Source: Ascidiella aspersa (lineage: Eukaryota). Taken from it: DNA of 64,000 bases. A program made the translations under genes and the position numbers. Below, piece after piece: positions 23,001-35,000 of this stretch. Within the stretch, counting starts at the first letter, position 1; every line of letters starts with the position of its first letter. Below the pieces are notes generated by a model that saw only the letters and a list, made by a program, of their open reading frames with translations, searched no databases and was not told the origin of the DNA. Location of the stretch: the NCBI GenBank assembly GCA_963924565.1, contig OZ004615.1, positions 7,750,001 through 7,814,000 on the forward strand, in the 5' to 3' direction.

Positions 23001-26000
23001 TTCCACACAATTTTTCAGCCTACTATTAGTTTGTCTGTAATTGCTCAAATAGCAATTTAAAATTCGATGGCAATAATAAAACAACCGCGCAAAACATCCA
23101 AGAAATTAATGCAATCTTTGAAGCATCAAGACCAATGACTGACAGTGCTATTAAAATGAACAGCATTATACCGTGATAATATTATCTTTAAACTAATAAA
23201 CAAGAAAACAGTAGATGTTCTTTGTGAAAACGGAAGACAATTGCTGAAAATTCGTGAAAGGATATGTAAACATAACAATTTTAGTTACTGTTATAAAGCT
23301 ATTGCAAGGTTTGATGCCAGGTGATGATTGGCATTACGGACCCTGGAGGTCTTAGTCGTTTAGTGAAACGAGGCCGATTATGGAAAAGCCAATAAAATGC
23401 GCAATCTTTGAAGTTTGCTTTCGTCAGGTGCGTATTACTCCCATGAATGGAATTCCCAATAAATTGAAACAACAAAGCGCTTATCGCGCTGGCATAATCT
23501 CCCTTTAGACGACATTTCAGCAAGGGAGTCGGCAACCATTATAAGGTCGCAAACGTCGCGGCGAAATAAACAACAGTTAACTATAAAGGTAGGTCGGTTG
23601 GTCGTGTGTCATTTTGCGGTCGAAGCAACATTGATATTTAACGCGCTATAGGGCTGTTTCGTTTTAAAAGACACTTTCTGTTTCGCTTCTTAAGCCACTT
23701 CAAAATGATTAGACGAAGCAGACCGTGAAACGTCTCCAATATTGACTCAGTGCTGTTGTCTTCTTAAAAGTTCTAACAATTGAATTGAAATTGTTTTGCT
23801 ACAATTTTGTTAAACCCATTTAAATAAATGTGCCGATTGGAATTACGTTGTTTAGTGATACTGCAATGTAGTCCTTGATTGTGTTTCCTTTTTTTTAGCG
23901 TAGATTAAATAGTAACCAAAAATTATATCAAAAAATAAAGCATCACCCGACTATAGATCGGAAATTATTCCTTTCTTCATAATCTGTTGCATTTTTCACA
24001 ACGAAAATGTATGCAGATATTGCGGATTTTGTTTGCGTTTAACTAGTAAGTCTAAGCTTTGAACACATATTTAAAAGATAAACAATATTAGTGAAATCCT
24101 TGGGGGGTGGTTGTAGTTTGTTGTAAAACCGGTTACCGGGCATTTTCGCCAAAAAAAAAACGGCGAAAACACGCGCGAAATAATCACCCGACTATAGATC
24201 GGAACCGAACCGAGCAACTCACAGTTCCAGAATGAAGGTGACGTCGTTCTTGCCGTAAAGAACGTCGTACAGCTGCAGCAGCTTGGGGTGGGCGAGGTCG
24301 TTCATGAGCTCGATCTCGAGATCGAACTCCTTCCTCTGGCTGGGACGGCGACAGGCGCACTGCTTGGCCGCGAACTTGCCACCCCCTTGCTTCTCGAGCA
24401 CCAGCGAAACCTTGCCGAAACGGCCACTGGAATGCACCAAGGGAAAGGAGTTTACGTTTTGTTTTCGCGTTTGCGAAGTCTTTGCACCCTCGGTCCTTTT
24501 TCTCGCAGGTGTTTTGCAGCGCTTCTCCTGATTTAACGGCCTGTGCTTTACACCAATACTAACACCTACGCCACACCAATAGAACTGCTAGCAATTTAAA
24601 TCGGCGACTCCAAGGCACGGGTCTACCTTTTGAACTTGCATGAGTTCATTAAGCTACCACACCACCAGTTTAGTAGTAGTTATTTGATGTAATATTGGTT
24701 CAATTCTGCTCCTAACTGTAGTCGGTGTATACCACTGACAGAAAAAAAGAAAAAATGGCATTGTAATTGCCAGATGCCACTGTACTTCACGGTAATGTCA
24801 TTTATTGAGTGGTCTTTCGTTAATAAAAGTAATTGTTAGCGAAATATAATATTTTTGACGCCATGATTTGAACTACCCCTCTGAACTATTGCAAGGAATG
24901 CGTATCGTTTAGTGAGGGAATAGAACGTCAGAATATTTTCAATTGAAATCGAATGTTTCACATTGTTAAATGCTTTAACGGTTGTCAGCAAATATTTTTT
25001 TATAAAATAGCTTCATGTTTTTGAGGTTTCGAAGAAAAAGGGAAAGCAGCTGATATATTGTTACGTTAAAGCTGTCGTGTTCGATGAAAACATTCGTTTG
25101 GAATAGAAATGTAAAACAATTATTTTAGATGTGGTGTGTATCTGAGCAAACACATTGATGAAAGAGTGCAATCGTTGCGGCGTGATTAGAACCTTGTGGT
25201 CTTATGACTCTTTATTAGTATGGTAACCAATCGAAAAACTGATTTTGACCTATGTTAAACCGCAAATATAAACTAGTACGTAGCAATCGCATCAAATCCC
25301 TACTTCCTCTGTCAATCTAATTCTAACGTCACTAATGAAGTTGCAGTTTATTTTTGTCTAGCGACACAGGCCATTGTTTTACAATATGAGTACATTGTCC
25401 CTTTGGCCCATATATAGTTGCTCTACAGCGGTCGTTAAAGTCAAATTTGTTACGCGTAATTGAATGCATTCGTATTTGAGAGGTTTGCGCAAGTTGGGTA
25501 ATGTGGCGTAATAAGAATTAAGACTTTTTTTTTACGTGAAAACCCATTACACAGCAGCTTACTGTTTTTTTCACTTACGCAGGTTGAAAAAACCCAAACA
25601 AATTGGAACATTGCCACTGTGATGCACTTATATATAAAGCAGGATATCCCAGGCTGTTCAGTCTGCGACCCTTTTTAAGTTTTTTCAAGTTCTTCGCGAC
25701 CGTTTTGGTTGAATCGTGTTGATCAAGCAAAATATTGCCTTTCTAAATTTATGTAGCCTTACTAGCGACCCCTGAAAGTTATTGCATCTGCAGGGTCGCT
25801 TTTGTTGGGAGGATGGCGGGCTACTATAAAAGACTATTGTTTGATGTACGCAAAATAAATGAAGGCACCAAAAAAAAACTGATTACCTGCCAAGCACATC
25901 CTTGACTTGATAGAGGTCGGCCAGAGCTTTGTCGGTCTTCGCCTTGACGACTTTGTGCTGAAAGTATGCCGGATCTCCCAAGTTCTCTGGGACACCAAGA

Positions 26001-29000
26001 ATCACCATTGTGAGTTCGTGTTTGTTGGCGCACGACAAACAGCAAAGCAATAACAGTGGGTGGGAGAACGTTATGGCTATGCGAGATTACGAACGTGGGT
26101 CGCTATTGACATACAATAAATTTTATGGACGATATGTTGCCAACCAGCAAAGGCAAAACTTGTTTAAACAAATTTGGAAAAATACAAAGTAGGATTATTT
26201 ATTAATTGACATAGTTCGGACTGCAATGATATACTGCAACTTTTTTAAGTTTGTTAATGAAGTACCTATAGGAAGAACTGCCTTACAAAGCTTTTCCTGT
26301 TAAACTTAGGCTACGTTAAGTCCTTGACCTGGCTAGGACCTGAATACACTGACGAAGGTACAGTCTGCCTATGTTAAAATACTGCCCCTTCTTACCGAAT
26401 CGAGACGGTATTTCTGAAGGGCGTCTGTTTACTTTCGTCTTACACCTTTGTTTTGGCCCACACGTTTGTCTAATCAATCACGGCTGCGATGCATTATTAA
26501 CAAGAAAAATTCACTGAGCTCCTTAAGTCTCTGCCTCTAATAAGATTTTAGCGCTACCGCCTGTAAGTAATATATCAGTGTAAAAATATTAAACTTGGCT
26601 GGCGTCTTATTTTCAAAGCTAACATTTTAGTATCGAGTAAAGGTATGATTTATATAATAAAAAAACGCCTTTAGCTTTACTAGAAGGACACACTCAGAAA
26701 ATGAAAAACTTTCGAGCATAAAAAGTGTTGAAAGTTTTTTTGATTCGTAACACACAACTTAGCATTCTGTATTGAGGTTGTTAGGAAAGCGGCCTTCAGT
26801 AAAACAAAACGTGATTTTAAAATCTAAACGTTGTTCAAATGACCAAATGTGTGTCTTCCAGTCTAACCCAATGCGCAATTTTCTCTTAACCTTTGACCGT
26901 TGTTTCCGTTGCGATCAATTAGCTAGTTTCGTTGCGAGCTTTCAAACAGCAAGGCAAAGACCAGGAAGCCAAAGGCAGCGGTTAGTGCACTTATGGCATT
27001 GGTATCTTCATTAGAGACCTATAGTTGATTTCGGCAGCGCCGTTATCTTGTCCGTGAAATATTATAAAACAAATCAGCTAAAAAAAGAAAATACCGCACA
27101 TCTGGCCATTTAAAGGTGGCCATGAACACTTCTTAATTTTTAAATGTTTGCAAACTAGATCTTAACAAATTATTGTTTTTTTGGGCAAAATGTTACTAAA
27201 TGCAAACATCTCTCGAATATGCTTTATATCGATATACATGTGTTTATACCCACGTCTCGAAACCGGCCGCTTACAAACTGTCGAACATTTTAAAAGATAA
27301 ACAAAATGTTTAACATAAGTTAAATGAACCGACTTGGCGACAAACACCTTGCATTACCACCAGTGAAAATACTGCCTCAATCCTCTCTTAACATAATTAT
27401 ACCATACAACAAACAAACAAACAGCATCATGAGCGACGGAGCGCATTCGTTGCAGCGAGTAGAGCTGACGATTCCAGTCAACAGCAGGCTAACTGCATTC
27501 CCGACCCGAGCGACAACCGCCCCATAACGACATACAACCGCGTATTGGCGCTCACCCGAACCAATACCCTTGTTGTATTCCAAAGAAGGCTGACAACTGC
27601 AGTGGGAGAAATATACACATTAGCGTCGCTGCCGTACAGTCAGTTGTGCACGAAATAAATGTTTACAAGCCTGCCACTGTCGCTCCTATCTTTTTAGTCG
27701 TGTTTTCGGTGGCTCGTCGTGCCAATTCGCATTGGACCGGATAGCGCGTGATGGTATGAAAATGAAAATTGCCATTACTCTTTGGATTTTGATGCGATCA
27801 CCGCTTAAATCATTATCTTAGCTTTCAAAAATAGTACGAGATATTTTATTTTGAACAACAAAATGCAGAATCGTCTCCAGTATGTGTTGCGATATCTTTT
27901 TGCGAAATTGATGCAGATTTTAAAATGACAAGGTGAACAAGGCGTAACAACTAAGCGACGAAGTGGGGGGAATCCCGTAATCCATGCCAATGGACGCTAA
28001 ATTTTCCGTCGGATTTAAGGCCATTGATGTAAAATAAGATTAAACAAACTGGCCGTGGATAAAAGTGCCCAGAGGAGCTTGGTCAAGTAAGACGTCTCAT
28101 GAAGGAAATATTTGTCACAAAAATACACATTTTATCCCACATTGGCGAAGTTGGAATTTTTTGCAAATGGCTGTTAAATCGAAAATACACGCTTTCTCAG
28201 ATGCAGAAGGACAACAAAAAACAAACTTTGGTCTTCCAGAGTTAGTCAGCAAACAGGCCGACACGCTTTGTGTCAACAAGCGATAATGTTAACAACCTTT
28301 CGAGAATTTCCAAACGTGCGGCAGATATGGGAGCCGTGTACAAAGTTTAAATGTGTTGCCTAGCATGACATGCCTGCTACACTATAACTACGATTGAACT
28401 CGCAGTGCTCATGCTTGTCGCGTATGTTAAACAAATATCAGAGATGTTCAACTAAATAAAAAGATCGATATTTGTTGATAGCGGGCTTGAATTTAGCTAC
28501 CGCTGGCAACTTTAGTTTTCCCGTAAAAACCGTAAGACTAAAATTGTTGCATTTCCGCCATAGAAGTATGATACATTTCTCTAAAAACTTGATGTGATTA
28601 ACTATCTACTGATTTTGTCCTGCGACGTTCAAGGAGAACGACTACGCCAATATTACGTATCAGCAAAATTAAAATAAGCTAAATTTAGGAAACCTATTTA
28701 TTTATTTATTTTTTATCACTTTACGTCCAAAACGTATCGTCATTGCGCCTGTATTGCATTAGCAGATGACAACATGCCTTAAATAACGGATGAACTCCGT
28801 TGCGTCATAACGTTCTGATTCAATTACCTAATTAAATTTAACCAAGAGAAAGAGGCTAGCTCAACGCTATATCGTTCTGACTCATAGCATATTAACTGAC
28901 AATCTATACTTTTTACCAAGTCTGCATTTCTTCTGAACCTAAAAATGAACAATCCCCTGCAAAAATTCAAGACGAATGCTAAAGGTAAAGGCAGATGTCA

Positions 29001-32000
29001 CGCTTTCGTCTGCGGCCAGCAGCGTCAACCATTTTCCTTCCATTGTGGGTCTCGGGCCAGGTCAGATGTGGGGCGTAACTTGGCAAATAAACGCAGGGCA
29101 ACGCGATCACACGGACTGGGCGCCCATTGCCCACTTGAGGAACGCGACACTGTGAAGATAAGGGCGACGAAAGGTTGCCGGCGATGTCCAGCATTGAACA
29201 AACAGAAGTACGGGTGATATATTACGGTTCCGATAACGAGCTTGTATAGAGCCACCGTGGACATCGTCCCATCAATGGTAATCCCAAGCCAAAAATGTAG
29301 TTAGGCAGAAGACTGTAAGTGGGGACAGGATGGGTAGGTAAAATTAAACCAAGACCTACATTCTTTTCATGGATATTTTGATTTGTCAGAAAATTCCTTA
29401 ATCTTTGGTTCAGAAATTCCTTAATCGAGTCTGTTCTTTATCCAAGGGCTTCATGTCGCCTCCTACGCATTTCTCGCTTTCTATAGCAAGAAAATATTAT
29501 TGAAACGGCTATTCTACCCAAATCGTACGATTTTGGCCTCCTATTCCACTTTGCAAAAAATGCGCTTTAAAATTGTGAGTACTTTGTAATAAGAGTGGGT
29601 CAACAGCCTGTGTCAACACAACCAACAAGTTGTTGTTCGCGTTCATAAGTTATAAGCATGGGTTTGGCAACTCGTTATTACAGTCTCGGTGATGAGTGAT
29701 GCCGAGGATTAGAATACAATACATAAGGGGACATATGCCGCGCGTCATCTATTTAATCCTTAAAAACGTCGTAAAGACAGTGAAATTTAGGTTTTCTTTT
29801 GCAGTAAACATGAATTTTGGGTATGAATGTTTAGCGTTAATTGTGGCCAGGTTTAAGTAAAGTAGTTTCAACTTATCACAAACACTGTATGGTGGACGTC
29901 TTATTATTCGCGCTAAAATGAAGTTAAACTGTTTCTGTCGAGGAATAGAATAGGACTGTCAACATCTCTGTGGGATCTGTAATTTGACATTTTTGATTAT
30001 TTTCCATTAGCACTCCGCTTTGATTAAAAACATAATGTACGATTAAACGCAGTCAAAAGAAAAATAAACGCCAGCCAGGGCAATCACCTATTTTAGTGAC
30101 AGATACGGCAAAACCAAATTAAAAAGTTTTGAAGCGGTTTCAAAATTTGTTGCCATTTGAGCATAATTGACAAGCGCACAAAGGAGGCGACGACAGAAGT
30201 GAAATCAAAACTATCGTATTTTGCGTGTTGTGGACACGGACCAGTTATGGCGTTCGTTTAACGTTTTAAAAAACGTGTCATTCAACAGGCAGGTCTTAAC
30301 CACGGCTATTGACGAATTGTATCGTATTACCGGACCTGGGTTAGCCACTGTTGTGTTACCTTTCAAGGTTTCGGACAGGAAATTACTCTTGAATTCCACG
30401 CTAAATATTCGACGGCAAAATTTTGCCGCATGTTATTTTTCTGCCAAATGCCGTATTTTGACTAACAATAACTTCACAAGGTACCCTTAATTAGGTAGTT
30501 GGGTACACTATGCACGGATCTGTAATGTAGCTTGATAATAAATTGCAAAGCCAAAAAGGTCGAGTAGATCGACAGCATCTTGATTAAGACGTTTCGATAC
30601 GAGCTTGTATTAACTATTGCGTCCCATCTCTTATAAGTGATGCTTAATGTGCTTCTCAGTCACATCAACTGAAGATGATACGAGCTCGTATCGAAACGTC
30701 TTAATCAAGATGCTGTCGATCTACTCGACCTTTTTGACTTTGCAATTTATTATCAAGCAACTCTTAATTAGTTTTCGAAAAAATGTGTTGTTTTTTGGAC
30801 GAGAGTAATTTGACTTGAAAATACTTTGCACATATTTAAGCTTGACAAATTTGCTGCAAGCATAACAACAATAGAAGCCCAAGAACTTTTAACAGCATAA
30901 TCAAATTAGTCCGAATTACCATTTGCGCATGACATTTTGCGGTGTTGGAAATAAATATCGCTAAGTTGACAAGAAGTGGGTTGTTGGCGATTCGAATGCA
31001 ACTTCTTACGCTTTTAAAAAAACAAAGTATCTCGCGATCATGTTACAAAACAAAAATGCCGCCAATTGGTAAACAGGACGGTCGCTTTGTGCAGCGAAGC
31101 GTAAAGGACGCGCCAAGTTCAAATACTAAGTTGTCACAAGGTGAGGCTAAACAGCTCGTTGAATTTAGCTCCAAAATGTTAATGTGTGATGTGGTTCTGT
31201 GGTATGTAAGCGAAACCTTTCAAGAGCAAAAGTAACTCACGCGTTTAAACCTCGCGCCCGATGCGCAAGCCACACAAGGGATCGTACTGTTGAAAGGAGA
31301 AACAATTTTAAATGCGCTTTTATTACTTGCAAAAATATGACGTTTTGCATAAAATCAGCAACATTTTGAAAAGTTTTTACAAAATTTGGCGCTCGTAGTA
31401 AATTCCCCCCAAAAACAACATGTCGACGATAAAATTATTGGTATATGACCATGCGTTTTATTGAATAACTAAAATACCTTTTAAAACAATCAAAAAAAAA
31501 ACAAAAACATTTTGATAAAACGTATAACTTTCCTTACAAAATACGCTTCTCGTGTTTTTGCTGAAAAACTGCTAATGGTAATGATACTTTTGCACGTCGG
31601 CAAACACTTTGTTATTGTTTTACCACAACGCCAACGCCACTGTGGCCTCCAATAAATCACCTTTTCTCTTCCTACTTTTCTCAGCTGAAATACGACCACG
31701 CGTATATGGAGACCGGTGTATATATGAACTGTTATTTATGCTTTCTTAAATACTGCATTTTATTAACTGATCCTTTGGTATGCTGGTATGGATGGTAAAC
31801 AGTTTTGATATGTGGTCTGCCTAACTGAGATAGTTGCAAACTTGTTTTCCTATATAAACTTAAATTTAATAGACAAATTCCTGTGACTTAACATATTAAA
31901 ACAGTTAAACGTATTTAGATTTTAAGCAACAATCAAGCTGATTGTGGGCTACAAACTAACATAGGCCTACCAGCATTCACAAAAATAACTATAAACAACA

Positions 32001-35000
32001 CTTAACTTACCGGTTTCCGTCATTTTAAAATATCCTCAATCCAAGACTGGGCGACTTGTTTAGATGACTCCGTTGGCGACACTCCGTCAAATGTAGAACT
32101 TTATTGTTTGTTTGGACAGCAAAAGTACGCAGTAGAAATAGATCTAACGATATGACTCTAGAAGTTTGTAAACATCTTAAAGGGTGTGGTAAAAACGCGC
32201 AAAATGTCTCTGTTACAGGTTTGATGCAGCACAAAAATTTCTATTTGCCTCCGGTACCGCAAACTTTAGGCTGTATATGCGACGAAACATGTATTTATGT
32301 ATAAATTTTTGCCGATAAAATTGTTCAACAGCAACATAGCTAATACTTCCGAGTGCATATCTATAAGCTTAGTCTTTAAGTCCTACCCCAATCAACAATT
32401 GCTAAATAGGGTTTACGTAAGTGAGCGACTGTTGTATATCGTCACAGAAATACTTACGTTTTCATTAACCTTATTTTTCTCAGAATCACAGCGACATTTG
32501 ATATAAAGATGTTACGCGCCCTTTTAACCCTTTTGACTGTAGCAGACCATACACAAAACGCCTCTTTACCGGACGTTAAACTAAAGGTCATGTAAGACGT
32601 TTGCCAGTTTTATCCTGCTTAAAATTCGTGACATTTACAGTTGGCCAAATTTAGTGTTGTAAACTCTATTACTCAGGAACTTAACAGGTAAAAGTGTAAT
32701 GCCTTAAGCTTAGCTGTTATTCACTCATATTAAACTGAAATTGTCTCCAAATATTGAATGCTACTGATGAAACCTGAGTTCTCATGTATATCTTAACTAA
32801 ACACTTTACGTACTAGTTTTAATGTAAAGCAGCAAACTCCCTACTAATAACAAGGGTAATACTTGTACACTGATGAATATACAGGCATGTGCACCCGAGC
32901 ACACCTGATCGCTTTGAGGTTACGAGTTAAGCTATGCTCAGTTAGCTGCACTTGCGCACCGACCCGTTGCGTTTAGCCTCCGAGTAACATTGGCGTGAAC
33001 TCCATAATGTTGCTCACAACGTCTGAGCTAAACTTCTTCGCCATCAAAACCCTTAGCTGTGCGTAGTTTTTCGGGCGATCTGAAACTCAGGCGTCCGCAC
33101 CGATGTTAATATGTGTTACGCGAGCTAAGGACCTGAGAGCGAGAGGCGTCGTGTAATCCATTGCAGGTGATTAGCACACTGACCCTGGATATGGGCCCTG
33201 GGAAAGTCGCTAAAGTGCTTATCACCCGAACGGCGGACGACAATTACCGGGCAAAACACGAGCTCGTGTGATGCGGCATCGCTATTGTCCACCGCCTTGC
33301 AAACTGACTCAACTTTTTCACATCGTGACGCCGCCTACGCAACTATCTGGTCGAATTTTAATTAAACAAAACGCACTTAAGTTCAGGCCGCTTTATATCG
33401 ACCACTGCTGACAAGTTTTATAGCTAAACAATGTTCAGTTAGCTGCAGCCTCGTTTTACAACAACCGGCTAGCAAAATTTGCGCCTTTCTCGAAGAAATC
33501 CGGTTTAATCACAACAGATTAAACCGCCACCCGAGCGTAGCCTGCTTCGATTGTGCGACTGTAACTAAACATTGCTTGAAAGCGCCTAAGCCGTCTTGGT
33601 CAGTTGTTTAGCATCGTTCACCGGTCATTCAATTACGCGGCTCTTAACGAAACATTAGGCACTGCGCCTTCTTCATATAAGCCTTGAATGCAACGCTATC
33701 GCGACGCAGTGACCGTCTCGCTTATTTGTTGGGCCTGCAGGACGTTCTCGTAGTCATATGGGCGGTATGACCTCATATACACAGCGATGTTGATGCCTGT
33801 GCTTGGTTCGTCATGGGTTAACTCGACACAAAGCGCGTCCAAGCCAAGTCCCACAAGGCTCAACGATAGATTCGCTCAGTTGGTCGGAGAACAATCGAAT
33901 ACGAATAAGTCGCCGACCTTAAACCACAGTCCGTGTTCGGATCTGCTTGCATTCGGCAAGATATCGGACAAAAATCACTAACAGAACGAAGTTGTTTGAT
34001 TTGTCATTTTGGTACTATGTTATTTTAAACCATATCCTATTACACAACTTTGATGTGGCCTCACAGAACCTTACAATGAGATGTTACATCGCTGTGCATT
34101 TTGCATACTAAATCTTTGTTATTCATAACTAGTAAGACTTCCACAGATAGATGTCACGCAAGTACACATTTTTACTTTTTAGTGTAACAAAATCTGTATA
34201 ACTAAAAAATTAAATCAATCACGGGATTAGTTTTACGAAATGTGTCTTTTTGCAAATCGTGACTGTTAAGAATTCTGCCTCATAAAGGAAATACAAAACA
34301 AGCTAAGTCTGTTGCATTGTTTGACAATGTTTCGCTATGATACACAGTACTCAGTACCCGATTAAAAATACAGGCTTACAATGAATACAGGCGGTTTCAA
34401 AAGTAGAACTGACATAGGAAGTATCGAAGCGGCCAGTCGTTGAACTTAGCTAATTGAGACGTGGGTCTTTCAGTCGCCTACATACTATAGTAGGCCGCAA
34501 AAACTCTTTGTACTTTAATAATAGATACATCATGACTGATAGAAGACCGGAAGCGATACTGTGAACGGCACAGGCGATGACGGCCTATGTCTTGATGATA
34601 ATCTATATAAATTGTAAACATTAGATGTAGTTATGCGAAGTAGTCGCCTTGTCTTTCGGCTCTCAGTGTTCAGGCTTTGTGGTCAATGAAGCTTCACGCA
34701 CACACCTAATATCGAAAATGATTTAAGGTTTATGTGGAATGTGGTAGCGTAGCAATTTTATGTTATAGGTTTTTTGTGACACGGTACAAATTGAACATCA
34801 TGATATGTTACAAAATGCACATGAAAAATACAGTATATATATTTACTTCAACTCCCTGACCTAAAGTGAGCAACCTATTGTACACAATAACCTTGTTTAG
34901 TACAGGGAATCAGTTGCGAGAGATTACTATTGGAATTTCAAATACGATACATAATAATTTCATATACTACTGATAACGTTTTGGACGCCACATATGGAAT

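Noticed and set aside
25987-26008. In-frame ATG (MVILGVP) as the MLCK start
   Set aside because: It overlaps a branch-point-like CTCAC and the CCCAG acceptor, and a better upstream start exon exists. It is not fully excluded.
28945-29264. Overlapping short ORFs on both strands in a GC-richer patch
   Set aside because: No homology recognised and no phase-compatible splice sites found; possibly regulatory.
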